From assembly GCA_964560225.1 (NCBI GenBank), contig CAZLLD010000001.1, positions 65,565 through 129,564 of the forward strand: 64,000 nt of DNA, given 5' to 3'. Source of the stretch: an uncultured Bacteroidales bacterium. Its GTDB lineage: Bacteria; Bacteroidota; Bacteroidia; Bacteroidales; UBA10428. The translations under genes and the position numbers were made by a program. The notes below the pieces were generated by a model, which ran no database searches, was not told the origin of the DNA, and saw only the letters and a program-made list of their open reading frames with translations. Positions 28,619-39,798 of this stretch are shown one piece after another; positions within the stretch are counted from its first letter, which is position 1, and each line of letters begins with the position of its first letter.

Positions 28619-29812
28619 CTATAATGGTGCCAGCCATAATTCAGGATCTCTTCTTTCTGTTTCCTTCCATATCTGAAAATATAAAACGGTCTCTTTTGTT
28701 TTGTCATTTGTAAAAACTTTGCCGATGTTTTCCTTTATATCCACATTTTGGCCAGCCTTTACGCTTACGTTGATCAAATTGTGATAAAGTGAATAAAACT
28801 GTCCGTGCTTAATGATTACAGTATAGTTCTCGCCCGGAATAGAGAACACTCTTGAAACAACACCCTTAAATATCGACCGTGCATACTCCCCTTTAGTTGT
28901 GGCTATATATATCCCGTCATTTCGGATGGTTACTGATTTGTAATCGGGATGCTGATGTTCTCCATACTGACCTGTTATAACACCTTTCTGAGTTGGCCAG
29001 GGTAACCTTCCGGCATTTTTTTCAAAATCGCTGGATATTATTTTTTCTGCAGGAGTCATTCTTTCTTTTGAGCCTGATGTCTTTACCTTCTTTCTTTCTT
29101 CGTCAATAATTCTTTTCAGTTCATTTTCAAGCTTTTTGGCCGTATTCTCTTTGTTTCTGATTTCTTCCTCAATTTCCTTTTGACGCTTTTTCAATTGTTT
29201 CACCAGAGTATTCTTTTGATTCACTTCCTGCTGAATAATTATGGTTTCCTTTTTGGCCTTTTTGGCTAAATCGTCTTTTTCACTTTTCAATTTAAGCAAT
29301 TCGGTATTCTTTTGAATATATTCCTTTTTTAACTCACTTAATTCCAGATGCTTCTTCTTCAAATAACTATTAAACAACTTAATTGTTCGCATTCTTCGGT
29401 ACAATTGATTCAAATTCTCGGAAGCAAGAAAATACATTACTAAATAATGCTTGCTTTGATTTTTATAGCCATTTACGATCATTCTGGCATAAAGCCTCTT
29501 TAACTTATCAATTTCATTTTCTAAACTATGAATAACGATTTGGTTTTCATCAATCGTTTTATCAAGTACAGACACCTCAACCTCAATTCCAACTAAATAT
29601 TCTTTTCTCTTGTTCAACTTGTGGTTGATGAGGCTTACCTCATTCAAAGATTCCTTTGTTTTACCCTGCGTTTCAATTAGTAACCTGTTAGCATACTCAA
29701 TTTCCCTTAATGTTTTGTCTCTATTTTCCCTAATCTTCTTAACATTGTCCTGGGCAAAGAATTTTCCGCTGGATAAAATCAAAGACAACAATATAAAAAA
29801 AAGAAGCCTCAT
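28619..29812 (-). CDS. EnvC-like murein hydrolase activator (coiled coil plus degenerate LytM/M23 domain)
   Basis: Track ORF 28619..29851, trimmed to the ATG at 29812 (MRLLFFILLSLILSSGKFFAQ signal peptide), which removes the overlap with the upstream TPR gene. A long K/E-rich coiled coil is followed by a C-terminal LytM fold. It ends LYFQIWKE where catalytic M23 enzymes have HLHFEIR, as in E. coli EnvC (LYFEIRR). Confidence 0.75.
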   Translation of the reverse strand: MRLLFFILLSLILSSGKFFAQDNVKKIRENRDKTLREIEYANRLLIETQGKTKESLNEVSLINHKLNKRKEYLVGIEVEVSVLDKTIDENQIVIHSLENEIDKLKRLYARMIVNGYKNQSKHYLVMYFLASENLNQLYRRMRTIKLFNSYLKKKHLELSELKKEYIQKNTELLKLKSEKDDLAKKAKKETIIIQQEVNQKNTLVKQLKKRQKEIEEEIRNKENTAKKLENELKRIIDEERKKVKTSGSKERMTPAEKIISSDFEKNAGRLPWPTQKGVITGQYGEHQHPDYKSVTIRNDGIYIATTKGEYARSIFKGVVSRVFSIPGENYTVIIKHGQFYSLYHNLINVSVKAGQNVDIKENIGKVFTNDKTKETVLYFQIWKETERRDPELWLAPL

Positions 29813-29828
29813 TTCTTTGATAGTTCGT

Positions 29829-31556
29829 TTATCTCTGCTCAATAAATTCAATCAACCTCTCAGCCTCTGCCTTTTCACCATCCTGAAGCTTTAATACAGC
29901 CAACTTTAAATACATTAAAGCTTCATCATACATTCGGGCCTTCAGAAAAATTTCTCCCGCATGCAGATAAATCTCACCGCTCTGATCTGTATTAAAATCA
30001 AGTGCCTTTGAAATGAACCTTTTTGCACCGAAATATTTCTTCATTTTAAACAAAATCCATGCGTAAGTATCCAGATAAGTTGAATTCCTGGGTTCCTTTT
30101 CAATTGTCTCTTTGCTCATCTTTTTGGCAAGCTTTAGGCGATCACCGCGAACAGCCAGGTAGTAGGCAAAATTGTTACTAATTACAACATTACCCGGATC
30201 AATCAATAAAGCCCTCTCAAAAGCACTGTCTGATTTTGTATACTCTTGCAAATTTCTGTAGGAGTCGGCAACAAGACTGTAAAACTGAACTTTCAGGGAA
30301 CTATCAGATACAATGTCCAAGCCCCTGTTTAATGCCAGAATGGCATCGTTATACATTTTCAGATCGTTTTTTGCAGATCCATTAAACAAAAAAAACAAAG
30401 GCCTGTCACTAAAATTTCTGATACCTTCATCTGAATAGAATAAAACACTATCGCTTTTACCTTGTATATTAAGCGAATATAACAACTGTTCCAGCGCAAT
30501 GTAATTTCGTTTGTCAAGCTCATAAACCTTTAATAAAACCTGTGAGGCCTTGTTGAAATTTTTACGTCTTATTAGCAAATCCGAATAAACTGACAAAGCA
30601 CGTATGTCATTCGGATATTCGCTAATAAATGCGGTCGCTACCCGATCGATGATGGGTATACTTAACTTGTATACCTCATCATCCTGAAACAGCTTGAGGA
30701 AGTATTCTGATTTTTGAAGAATGCTGATTGATTTGTCTTTCATAGTTTCTGCCAGAACTTCTCCAGCGTTGACCGTATCCTGCATTTCCAAAAGAAATTC
30801 TGCATAGGAATAAGAAACTATGGGTTCTGATTTATATGCCGGGTAAATTTTTGAGTAATACTTTGCAGCCGAATCCATCTGACCAGTGCCTCTGAAAAAC
30901 TCAGCCAACATACCGGCTACTACATAATCAGTTTGTTCAAACCGATATGCAAAATAAAGATTCTCAAGTGCTTTATCATGCCGGTTCATCCTCCCGAATA
31001 GCTGATACCTGTTTAAAGCAACTTCCTTTGATTTTCCAATCTTCTGATCAATAAGATCCAGATACCTCAAAGAACTATCCAATTTTCCCATCTCCTCATA
31101 TAAACCAGCAATATTCATTAGGTAGGTCGGATTACCTTTGTCAACCTGTAAAAGACTTTTCAAAATAACAACTGCACTATCATTCTTCCCTTCTATTTGA
31201 TAGATATTGGCAAGTGCCTGGAGATACCATTTGTTTGTTTTATCAAGCTCAACAGCCCTTTTGGCATGCTCAAGCGCTTGCAATTTGTTGCCAGCATTCA
31301 GGTATATTCTTGACAACTGATAATGAGGTGCCCCACTCGTGGATTTAATTCTCAAACATTCATTATACAGGTTAACAGCCTGCATATAATTTCCTGTCAT
31401 GAAATATCGTGTGGCTTCTGTAAACGCAAAATAATAATCCTGATCGCCTCGTTTTTCGACGGGCTTCAAGAAAGGTGACAATTCCTGCGCACACGTACAA
31501 AAACAATTAAATACAAATGGCAATAAAAACAGTATGTATAGAGCAAACTTCTTCAC
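29829..31556 (-). CDS. Tetratricopeptide repeat protein (exported)
   Basis: Track ORF 29829..31655 overlaps dut by 83 nt. The GTG at 31556 gives MKKFALYILFLLPFVFNCFCTCAQ (signal peptide) and starts 16 nt after the dut stop. Multiple TPR units are present (YMQAVNLYNECLRI, ALEHAKRAVELD, and others). Confidence 0.75.
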   Translation of the reverse strand: MKKFALYILFLLPFVFNCFCTCAQELSPFLKPVEKRGDQDYYFAFTEATRYFMTGNYMQAVNLYNECLRIKSTSGAPHYQLSRIYLNAGNKLQALEHAKRAVELDKTNKWYLQALANIYQIEGKNDSAVVILKSLLQVDKGNPTYLMNIAGLYEEMGKLDSSLRYLDLIDQKIGKSKEVALNRYQLFGRMNRHDKALENLYFAYRFEQTDYVVAGMLAEFFRGTGQMDSAAKYYSKIYPAYKSEPIVSYSYAEFLLEMQDTVNAGEVLAETMKDKSISILQKSEYFLKLFQDDEVYKLSIPIIDRVATAFISEYPNDIRALSVYSDLLIRRKNFNKASQVLLKVYELDKRNYIALEQLLYSLNIQGKSDSVLFYSDEGIRNFSDRPLFFLFNGSAKNDLKMYNDAILALNRGLDIVSDSSLKVQFYSLVADSYRNLQEYTKSDSAFERALLIDPGNVVISNNFAYYLAVRGDRLKLAKKMSKETIEKEPRNSTYLDTYAWILFKMKKYFGAKRFISKALDFNTDQSGEIYLHAGEIFLKARMYDEALMYLKLAVLKLQDGEKAEAERLIEFIEQR

Positions 31557-31572
31557 TTTTCCTAAAGTTTGA

Positions 31573-32004
31573 TTAAGATCCTGTATGTCCAAAACCTCCC
31601 GCACCTCTTTCAGTTCCATTGAGCGTATCACTCTCAATCCACTCAACCTTTTCATGCCGGGAAATAATCATCTGGCAGATTCGTTCACCATCGTTGACAA
31701 TGAAGTCCTCACCAGATAGATTCACAAGGATAACACCTATTTCGCCCCTATAGTCAGCGTCAATAGTTCCTGGTGTATTTAAAACCGTAATACCCTTTTT
31801 AATGGCAAGTCCGCTTCTTGGTCTTATTTGGGCTTCAAATCCATCAGGCAGCTCAATATACAATCCTGTGGGTATCAAAGCTCTCTCCAGCGGTTTAAGC
31901 AATACAGGCTGATCAAGGCTGGCGCGTATATCCATGCCGGCTGACTGTGGTGTGCCATATGCCGGACAATTATGTTTTGACCTATTGACTATCTTTATTT
32001 TCAT
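31573..32004 (-). CDS. dut: dUTP diphosphatase
   Basis: 143 aa. Motifs are [33 protein letters not shown] and [11 protein letters not shown]. Confidence 0.95.
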   Translation of the reverse strand: MKIKIVNRSKHNCPAYGTPQSAGMDIRASLDQPVLLKPLERALIPTGLYIELPDGFEAQIRPRSGLAIKKGITVLNTPGTIDADYRGEIGVILVNLSGEDFIVNDGERICQMIISRHEKVEWIESDTLNGTERGAGGFGHTGS

Positions 32005-33472
32005 TTTTTCCTAAAAATATACCAATCAGATTTTCCTTTTTATTACAGATAATAAAGTAAACAGAAACAAAAAGCAAGCCTATTGCAATATTAACATATT
32101 CCATATCAGTTTTTAAAGCATTTCCAATAAAATAAAAAACCAAGGCTAAAATTACATAGAAACCAATACTTTTAATATCATAATTGATACGGTAAAATCG
32201 TTGCCCAATTATATAAGTCAGTATCAGCATGACCAAATTGCTGACCAGGTGGATCCACGCACAGGCATGATAGCTATATACAGGAATCAACAATACATTC
32301 ATTAACACGGTTATGAAAGCGCCCAGGCAGGTTATATAAACACCATACATGGTATGTCCTGTAATTTTGTACCACATGTTTATATTGAATAACATACCAA
32401 CAAAAACATTGGCCATCAAAACAATTGGAACTATGCCCAGACCTTCGTGATGCTTGCTGTCAATGAAGATCTTGAATAAGTCAATGCAAAGTGAAACACC
32501 AATGAAAATAACCATTAGAAATATGGTGAAATATTTAAGAACATTGGCATATACCTCTTTTGAATCAGAGCTTTTAGATATATTGAAGAAAAACGGCTCT
32601 GCTGCATAGCGAAACATTTGAATAAAAATGGTCATCAAAACAGCAATTCGGTAATTCGCACCATAAATTCCAATTTCATGTAATGCGCTAAGATTATCAG
32701 CCGTAAAAGATCTGAGCAGGATTCTGTCAATTGTCTCGTTGAATATTCCTGCTAAACCGGAAACCAGTAGAGGAAGTGAATACAGGAGTATTTTCCTGAG
32801 AAGTAACAAATCAACTTTAAATTTCAGAAGCTGGTGATCTTTGATAAGCAATACCAGCACAACCAAACTTGCCAGCAAATTGGCTATAAAAACATAGCCA
32901 ACTTCAATAGACTTGAAATTATTAACATACCAGCTTGCCTCATTAATAGATTCTTTGGCTGGCAGTATTTCAAGAAACAAGAAAACAAAGAATACCGTTA
33001 CAATAACATTAACAATTTTCAAGGTTGCAAAACGCTTAACCTTGTTTTCAATACGTAATCTTGCAAACACAATTGATGCAACAGCGTCTAGTGAAAGGGT
33101 GAGTCCCAGATAAACAATATACTCCGGATTTCCTTTATAACCAATGAGAGTAGCAATATGTGCCCGTAAAACCAAAACCAAAACGGAAAACAATAAGGAA
33201 GTAGTAATTACAGATACCAAAGAAGTGGAATAAACTAGGTCACGATTAGCTTTTCCTAAGGAAAACTTGAACAAACCTGTTTCCATACCATAAGTCAAAA
33301 GAACGAGCAGAATGGCAACGTAAGCATACAATTCTGTAATGACTCCAAACTCTTCAATTGAAAATCTCCGTGTATAATAGACTGTCAAAATAGCATAATT
33401 CAACAGCCTGGGAACAATATTCCCTAAGCCATATATAACGGCCTGTCCTCCGAGCTTTTTATAAGGGTTCAA
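31982..33472 (-). CDS. MOP-superfamily polysaccharide/oligosaccharide flippase (Wzx/polysaccharide biosynthesis protein family)
   Basis: 496 aa with about 12-14 hydrophobic helices. The N-terminus [28 protein letters not shown] is typical of the family. It has a TTG start and a 23-nt overlap with dut. Confidence 0.75.
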   Translation of the reverse strand: MNPYKKLGGQAVIYGLGNIVPRLLNYAILTVYYTRRFSIEEFGVITELYAYVAILLVLLTYGMETGLFKFSLGKANRDLVYSTSLVSVITTSLLFSVLVLVLRAHIATLIGYKGNPEYIVYLGLTLSLDAVASIVFARLRIENKVKRFATLKIVNVIVTVFFVFLFLEILPAKESINEASWYVNNFKSIEVGYVFIANLLASLVVLVLLIKDHQLLKFKVDLLLLRKILLYSLPLLVSGLAGIFNETIDRILLRSFTADNLSALHEIGIYGANYRIAVLMTIFIQMFRYAAEPFFFNISKSSDSKEVYANVLKYFTIFLMVIFIGVSLCIDLFKIFIDSKHHEGLGIVPIVLMANVFVGMLFNINMWYKITGHTMYGVYITCLGAFITVLMNVLLIPVYSYHACAWIHLVSNLVMLILTYIIGQRFYRINYDIKSIGFYVILALVFYFIGNALKTDMEYVNIAIGLLFVSVYFIICNKKENLIGIFLGKNENKDSQ

Positions 33473-33568
33473 AGAAGTAAATTTTATATAAGACGATAAA
33501 ACAGGACAAAATATTTTTTAATTTCACACGCTATTAAGGCGTAAATATATTTTAAAAAAGCACGCTTC

Positions 33569-34240
33569 ATGAAAAACAGCAAATTACTTTTTCTACCTGT
33601 TGTATACATTTTATTAACCTTAATACTTTCTATGAACGGGACCGCTCAAACAAAAATAGTACTGCAGACTACAGCAGGTGAAATAAAAATCATCCTTTAT
33701 GAGGATACACCAAAACACAAGGAGAATTTTATAAAATTAATACAACAGGGCTATTATGACGGTTTGTTGTTTCATCGGGTCATTTCAGATTTTATGATCC
33801 AGGGTGGAGATCCCAATTCACGTACTGCGGCTTCCGGTCAGATGTTGGGCGATGGCGGACCTGGCTATACGGTACCTGCTGAATTTTCTCCTCTTCATTT
33901 TCACAAAAAGGGTGCTCTGGCTGCCGCAAGGTTAGGAGATGCCATGAATCCCATGAAAGAATCCTCCGGTTCACAATTTTATATTGTTCAGGGCAAAGTA
34001 CTGACCAATCCTCAACTTGATTTCTATGTTAACTCTGGAAAACATGACCCTTTTACACAGGAGCAACGTGAAGCATATACTACAGTTGGTGGTGTTCCTC
34101 ATCTGGATGATGCTTATACTGTTTTTGGAGAGGTCACAGAAGGATTGGATGTTGTTGACAAGATTGCATCAGCACAAACAGATCAACGTAACCGGCCTGT
34201 TGTTGACGTTAAAATAATTAAGGCCTATTTGGCAGATTAA
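33569..34240 (+). CDS. Cyclophilin-type peptidyl-prolyl cis-trans isomerase (exported)
   Basis: 223 aa with a signal peptide. Motifs are FHRVISDFMIQGGDP and GSQFYIV. Confidence 0.9.
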   Translation: MKNSKLLFLPVVYILLTLILSMNGTAQTKIVLQTTAGEIKIILYEDTPKHKENFIKLIQQGYYDGLLFHRVISDFMIQGGDPNSRTAASGQMLGDGGPGYTVPAEFSPLHFHKKGALAAARLGDAMNPMKESSGSQFYIVQGKVLTNPQLDFYVNSGKHDPFTQEQREAYTTVGGVPHLDDAYTVFGEVTEGLDVVDKIASAQTDQRNRPVVDVKIIKAYLAD

Positions 34241-34251
34241 AGTATAAAATT

Positions 34252-35268
34252 ATGATTGACCGTATTGTAAAATACTCACATGAAATAGAAGAATTTCTCA
34301 TTTCAAATAACGATGAACTGGAAAGATTCAGGCTGCAATATTTAAGCAAAAAAGGTCTTTTCACATCGCTTTTTGAAGAATTCAAAACGCTCCCACCGGA
34401 TATCAAAAAAGCAACCGGTCAGCATTTGAATATTCTTAAGGAAAAAGCCTCATTAAAGTATCAGGAATTCAAAGACAAACTGTCTGATTCCGGGAAGACT
34501 TTTTCGGGAGATCTTACGTTACCAGCAGAGCCATTATTAACCGGTTCACGTCACCCTGTTTCTTTGATCCGAAGGGAAATTGTTTCTATCTTTTCAAAAA
34601 TTGGCTTTACCGTTTCCGAAGGACCAGAAATTGAAGATGACTGGCATGTATTCTCAGGATTGAATTTTCCCCAGGAACATCCGGCCAGGGATATGCAGGA
34701 TACATTTTTTATCGAAAAAAATCCCGACATCCTGTTGCGAACCCATACTTCCTCAGTACAAGTCAGAGTTATGGAAACATCAGCTCCTCCTATTCGTAAA
34801 ATTTTTCCAGGGCGTGTTTTCCGGAATGAAGCCATATCTGCACGCGCACATTGTATATTTCATCAAATAGAAGGTCTTTACATTGACGAAAATGTATCTT
34901 TCGCAGATCTGAAACAAACACTCCTGTTTTTTGCCCGTGAAATGTTCGGAGAAAAAACACAGATTCGTTTAAGACCTTCCTTTTTCCCGTTTACTGAACC
35001 TTCTGCAGAAATGGATGTCTCCTGCACCATTTGCGGTGGAGAAGGCTGCAATGTATGCAAGCATACAGGGTTTCTTGAAATTTTGGGTTGCGGCATGGTT
35101 GATCCCAATGTGCTTGAGGCTTCCAAGATTGACAGCACCAAGTACACCGGATTTGCTTTTGGAATGGGAATTGAACGAATAGCGATGCTGAAATACCAGG
35201 TCAATGATCTTCGCTTGTATTTTGAAAATGACGTTCGCTTTATTAATCAGTTTAATAGTTCCTATTGA
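34252..35268 (+). CDS. pheS: Phenylalanine--tRNA ligase alpha subunit
   Basis: 338 aa. Class II motifs are HPARDMQDTFF, PGRVFRNEAISARAHCIFHQIEG and GFAFGMGIERIAML. Confidence 0.95.
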   Translation: MIDRIVKYSHEIEEFLISNNDELERFRLQYLSKKGLFTSLFEEFKTLPPDIKKATGQHLNILKEKASLKYQEFKDKLSDSGKTFSGDLTLPAEPLLTGSRHPVSLIRREIVSIFSKIGFTVSEGPEIEDDWHVFSGLNFPQEHPARDMQDTFFIEKNPDILLRTHTSSVQVRVMETSAPPIRKIFPGRVFRNEAISARAHCIFHQIEGLYIDENVSFADLKQTLLFFAREMFGEKTQIRLRPSFFPFTEPSAEMDVSCTICGGEGCNVCKHTGFLEILGCGMVDPNVLEASKIDSTKYTGFAFGMGIERIAMLKYQVNDLRLYFENDVRFINQFNSSY

Positions 35269-35298
35269 ATTCATTAACAATGAAGAACTGATATTTGG

Positions 35299-36324
35299 CT
35301 AGTCAAATTGTAAGGTCAGGTTATCGTGTTTCTCTCTTCCGAGATGTTTATATGTAAGGGCAGTCACTTCCCTTCCCCTGGGTGTTCTTTTCAGATATCC
35401 TTCCTTGATCAGGAAAGGTTCATATACTTCCTCAATGGTTCCCGGCTCTTCACTTACAGCCGTAGCTATTGTATTTAACCCCACAGGACCGCCCTGGTAT
35501 TTGTCAACAATAGTCAGCAGAATGCGATTGTCCATTTCGTCGAGACCGCTTTTATCAATATTTAACGCATTCAGTGCATATTCGGCAATTTCTATATGAA
35601 TTCGATTCAGTTTCCGGACCTGGGCAAAATCACGAACACGCCTGAGCAGTGAATTGGCTATCCGAGGCGTTCCTCTGGAACGCATGGCGATTTCACGTGC
35701 GGCATCGGCATCAATTTCAATACCCAGTAAACCTGCAGACCGAAATACAATTTTCTCCAGTATGCTTGAATCATAATACTCAAGATGCATGTTAATGCCA
35801 AAACGGGCGCGTAACGGACTTGAAAGCAGACCAGCCCTCGTGGTTGCTCCAATAAGTGTAAACGGATTCAAATTGAGTTGTATGGAACGGGCGCCTGGAC
35901 CTTTATCAATAATTAAATCAATCTTAAAATCCTCCATGGCAGAATAAAGAAACTCTTCAACAGCCACATTCAACCGGTGAATTTCATCAATAAACAACAC
36001 ATCATGACTTTCCAGATTGGTTAAAATGCCCGCAAGATCACCTGCTTTTTCCAAAACCGGACCAGAAGTAACCCGAATATTGCTATTCAATTCATTAGAA
36101 ATAATATTGGCCAGCGTAGTTTTTCCCAAGCCCGGAGGACCAGAAAGAATGACATGATCCAGTGACTCATTCCGGATTTTTGCAGCTTCTACAAATACCT
36201 TCAAATTGTCAACCAGCTTCTCCTGCCCGTTAAAATCATCAAATCTCTTAGGACGTATGCTCTTATCAAGTTCACGCTCTTCTTCATTGATGAAATTACC
36301 CCGGTACACAATATCATTGTCCAT
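35299..36324 (-). CDS. ruvB: Holliday junction branch migration helicase RuvB
   Basis: 341 aa. Walker A is [11 protein letters not shown], Walker B is [10 protein letters not shown], and [18 protein letters not shown] is present. Confidence 0.95.
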   Translation of the reverse strand: MDNDIVYRGNFINEEERELDKSIRPKRFDDFNGQEKLVDNLKVFVEAAKIRNESLDHVILSGPPGLGKTTLANIISNELNSNIRVTSGPVLEKAGDLAGILTNLESHDVLFIDEIHRLNVAVEEFLYSAMEDFKIDLIIDKGPGARSIQLNLNPFTLIGATTRAGLLSSPLRARFGINMHLEYYDSSILEKIVFRSAGLLGIEIDADAAREIAMRSRGTPRIANSLLRRVRDFAQVRKLNRIHIEIAEYALNALNIDKSGLDEMDNRILLTIVDKYQGGPVGLNTIATAVSEEPGTIEEVYEPFLIKEGYLKRTPRGREVTALTYKHLGREKHDNLTLQFD

Positions 36325-36332
36325 GAAATCTA

Positions 36333-37907
36333 TTATTGAATAAGTTTGATATCCCGATCAGCAAATTCGACTTTCTCACCGTTGATACGGTATTCACGAT
36401 TATTTTTGTAAGTAATGGTGAGCAAAAGCATTCCGTTCTCATCAAACTTCTTCCAGTTCTTTTCAGAAATACCCATGGTGTAATAGTGTATTTCCTTGAT
36501 CTGTCCATTGTTATAATAAAAGATGTGTTCCCCGTCCGGATTTCCCTGAATAAAATTTCCTTCATACTTTAACTTACCGTCACTATAAAAAGCCTGCCAC
36601 TTACCATCTTTCATATCCCCCACGTATTTGCCCTTTTCCGTGTAATCACCTATCTGATAGATCCATTCACCTTCTTTTTGTCCGTCGAAATAGGAACCTT
36701 TGACGAGCAATTGACCCACCGTATCATATTCAGCATACAAACCTTCTTCTTTTCCATCGAAATACTCCTCTTCTCTTTTGATGCCACCGTTTTGATAAAA
36801 CCATTGCCACAACCCGTTAGGTTTTCCGTTCTTAAAAACACCCTCCTGTTCTTTCAAGCCATTCTCAAAATAATACAACCATTTACCTTGTTCCAAATTA
36901 TTGGAATAGCTTCCGCTGGATTTTACCTTTCCGTTATTGTGAAAATACTTCCAAATACCTTCTTTCTTTCCCTCGTTGGTAATGATGCCCTCTCCCAGTT
37001 TCCGGCCTTCATCAGAATATATTTCAGAGCCGGAAACTTTTCCGGAGGAATCATAATGCCGGTGGATTCCAACCGGTATATTTTCACGGTAGGAACCTGA
37101 ATAAATAAGGTTACCATTCTCATCATACTCATTTCTGATCTCGATGTCAAGGCCAACAGTATCCTTTTCCTCAACAATGAGGCCTTTACTATATTTAATA
37201 AACAATTTTAGATTTCCATTGTCTTCATACTCCTTATAAACGCCGGTTAACAAATCGTCCTCGAAACTCATTTCGTTCTGCAATCTGCCGTTTTCAAAAT
37301 AGGTTTTCCAGGTTCCCTGCTTGCGCCCCTGCATATCTCTCCGGTTTATCCTTTCTCTTTCTATTAATAACCCATTTCGGTAATTCAACAGGGTGATCAG
37401 TGTACCATCTTCATCGAATTCACGCGTAATGCCATTTCTTTTGTTATTCAAAAAGGTAACCTCTTCTTTCAGAGCACCGTTCAGATAATAATACCAGGAC
37501 AACCCCTCCTTTTTATCATTCACGTAAAGCTCCTTCGAAACGATCCTGCCTCTGACCATGGGATCAGCATCATTTTCCTGGTAATAGTTCAATGTGTAAC
37601 CATTTTTTTTACTCATTGAATAACTTACTTTCTGAAGGGTATCTCCGGCCTCATTAAAGAATACCCAAATGCTATCGAGCAGATGATTCTTTCTGATGCC
37701 TTCAGAACGTATGACGCCTGAAGGATAATAAGTTTTCCACAAACCTTCGGGCTTGCCATTTTTCATAAAGCCTTCGCTCGATAATTTTCCATTCGGATAG
37801 TAAATTTTGTTATATCCGTTTTCGTTCAGGTTTTCCTGCGCCACAGCTGATATAAACAGGAACAAACTGCATGAAATAAGCAACCACTTGTAAAGTAAAC
37901 CTTTCAT
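36333..37907 (-). CDS. Exported MORN-variant (YwqK-type) repeat protein
   Basis: 524 aa. Signal peptide [24 protein letters not shown]. About 15-20 tandem ~23-aa repeats of the form G.W..YY.NG.l..eG.f.nGk..G. Confidence 0.7.
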   Translation of the reverse strand: MKGLLYKWLLISCSLFLFISAVAQENLNENGYNKIYYPNGKLSSEGFMKNGKPEGLWKTYYPSGVIRSEGIRKNHLLDSIWVFFNEAGDTLQKVSYSMSKKNGYTLNYYQENDADPMVRGRIVSKELYVNDKKEGLSWYYYLNGALKEEVTFLNNKRNGITREFDEDGTLITLLNYRNGLLIERERINRRDMQGRKQGTWKTYFENGRLQNEMSFEDDLLTGVYKEYEDNGNLKLFIKYSKGLIVEEKDTVGLDIEIRNEYDENGNLIYSGSYRENIPVGIHRHYDSSGKVSGSEIYSDEGRKLGEGIITNEGKKEGIWKYFHNNGKVKSSGSYSNNLEQGKWLYYFENGLKEQEGVFKNGKPNGLWQWFYQNGGIKREEEYFDGKEEGLYAEYDTVGQLLVKGSYFDGQKEGEWIYQIGDYTEKGKYVGDMKDGKWQAFYSDGKLKYEGNFIQGNPDGEHIFYYNNGQIKEIHYYTMGISEKNWKKFDENGMLLLTITYKNNREYRINGEKVEFADRDIKLIQ

Positions 37908-38908
37908 AAGCCGAGTATTTCAGAAATTTCAAGCATTTTTGTAATAGATGATCTGGCTTTCAAAAGTAATTCTTCTTTTACAACAATCTCCGGCATTTCG
38001 AATAAAAGGGCATGATATAATTTACTGACAGTATTTAACTTCATGTACATACAATCACTACAACTGCAAGACGTGTCAGAAGGGGGTGCCGGTATGAACT
38101 GCTTATTCGGGGCTGTTTTCTTCATCTGGTGAATAATTCCGGGTTCAGTAACCACGATATACGTATCAGACTTGTCTTTCTGGGTGAACTTTAATAAGGC
38201 AGATGTAGAACCAATAAAATCAGCAACAACAAGTATCGGTTTGTTGCATTCGGGATGGGCAATAATTTTTGCTTCATAATGCTTTTTTTTCAGCTCCAGA
38301 ATTCGTTCCAGCGAAAACTGTTCATGAACATGGCAGGCACCATCCCAAATAACCATTTCCCTTCCTGTAATGCTCTGAACATAATTTCCCAGGTTTTTGT
38401 CGGGAGCAAAAACAATTTTCTCATTTTTTGGAATGCTTTCAATGATTTGTACAGCATTTGAAGAAGTACAAATGATATCAGTAAGTGCTTTGATCTCTGC
38501 AGAAGTATTGATATAGCTGACTACTTTGTGGTTTGGATACTTTTTTAGGAATTCACTAAAATCAGCAGCTTTACATGAATCTGCCAAAGAACAACCTGCA
38601 TTCAAATCGGGTAAAAGTACTTTTTTTTCAGGAGACAGTATTTTTGCTGTTTCAGCCATGAAATGAACTCCACAAAATACGATGATGTCGGCTTGAGTTT
38701 TAGCAGCCTGTTGCGAAAGATACAAACTATCTCCTATATAATCTGCAATATCTTGTATTTCAGCTTCCTGATAATAATGAGCCAGGATGACAGCATTCTT
38801 TTTCTTACGAAGCAGATTGATTTCATGTTTTATGTCGATTCCCGGATCAATTTCCCTGTCCACATATCCCTTTATCAACATATTATTATTATATATTTTA
38901 TTTTTCAT
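37904..38908 (-). CDS. nadA: Quinolinate synthase
   Basis: 334 aa. [21 protein letters not shown], with Cys ligand contexts ([24 protein letters not shown]). Its stop overlaps the next gene's start as ATGA. Confidence 0.9.
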   Translation of the reverse strand: MKNKIYNNNMLIKGYVDREIDPGIDIKHEINLLRKKKNAVILAHYYQEAEIQDIADYIGDSLYLSQQAAKTQADIIVFCGVHFMAETAKILSPEKKVLLPDLNAGCSLADSCKAADFSEFLKKYPNHKVVSYINTSAEIKALTDIICTSSNAVQIIESIPKNEKIVFAPDKNLGNYVQSITGREMVIWDGACHVHEQFSLERILELKKKHYEAKIIAHPECNKPILVVADFIGSTSALLKFTQKDKSDTYIVVTEPGIIHQMKKTAPNKQFIPAPPSDTSCSCSDCMYMKLNTVSKLYHALLFEMPEIVVKEELLLKARSSITKMLEISEILGL

Positions 38909-39331
38909 GAATGTATAAATTAATGATGATGATAATAGGCTGTTAATTGTGTTGAAAAAAATGCACGCATTTCATTGATTTTTTCTTTTTCACGGGTTTA
39001 TCAACAACTAATAACAGCTTATTCTAATAAAATTCTTCTGAGAATGTGCTATTTCCATAATTATTAACTGTTGGTTAATAACTGCATCTGTACAAAAATA
39101 AACAGAATTTAAGACACCTCATCATGTTGGGTAAATGTTCAAATTTCACTTAAAAACAATCTGAATTTTCGTTTGTTTGATTTCATATACCTGTTTACCG
39201 TCAAAAAACCTGCCAGGTGATTTTTTTTCTACAAAATATGAAACAATTTTTAACAGCTATTCAACAACACTGAAATTAGGATATTTAAATCTTTTTATAA
39301 ACGATAGGGTCCACCTCGCGTGTAAAATGTT

Positions 39332-39339
39332 TATATTTG
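39332..39339 (+). promoter_or_regulatory. Candidate -7 promoter box (TATATTTG) for rpiB
   Basis: Matches TAnnTTTG and lies 22 nt upstream of the ATG at 39361. It overlaps the track's TTG start at 39337, which argues for the ATG start. Confidence 0.35.
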
Positions 39340-39360
39340 TCCATTAACAAACACCTATAT

Positions 39361-39789
39361 ATGAAATTAGCATTGGCAAGCGATCACGCAGGATATGAAA
39401 TGAAGGTAAAACTGATGGCTTATCTGAAAGAAAAGAAGCATAGCCTGGTTGATTTGGGTGCCTTTTCATCAGAATCTGCAGATTATCCTGATTTTGGACA
39501 TGCGATAGCACAGCATATTTCGGAGAACAAATCAGATCTGGGCATATCCTTGTGTGGAAGTGGAAACGGCATCAATATGACGGCCAACAAACATCCGCAA
39601 ATACGTTCGGCTTTGTGCTGGAATGCCGAAATTTCAAGGTTGGCTCGTGCGCATAATAATGCCAATATTTGTGCCATTCCCGCACGGTTTGTCTCGTTTG
39701 AGGAGGCAGTAGAAATTGTTGAAATTTTTTTAAACACCTCTTTTGACGGGGGCAGGCATAAGACCCGAATTGATAAGATACCATTATAA
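39361..39789 (+). CDS. rpiB: Ribose 5-phosphate isomerase B
   Basis: Starts MKLALASDHAGYEMK at the ATG at 39361 (the track start 39337 is TTG). Active-site context is LCGSGNGINMTANK. Confidence 0.9.
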   Translation: MKLALASDHAGYEMKVKLMAYLKEKKHSLVDLGAFSSESADYPDFGHAIAQHISENKSDLGISLCGSGNGINMTANKHPQIRSALCWNAEISRLARAHNNANICAIPARFVSFEEAVEIVEIFLNTSFDGGRHKTRIDKIPL

Positions 39790-39798
39790 AAATCATGC

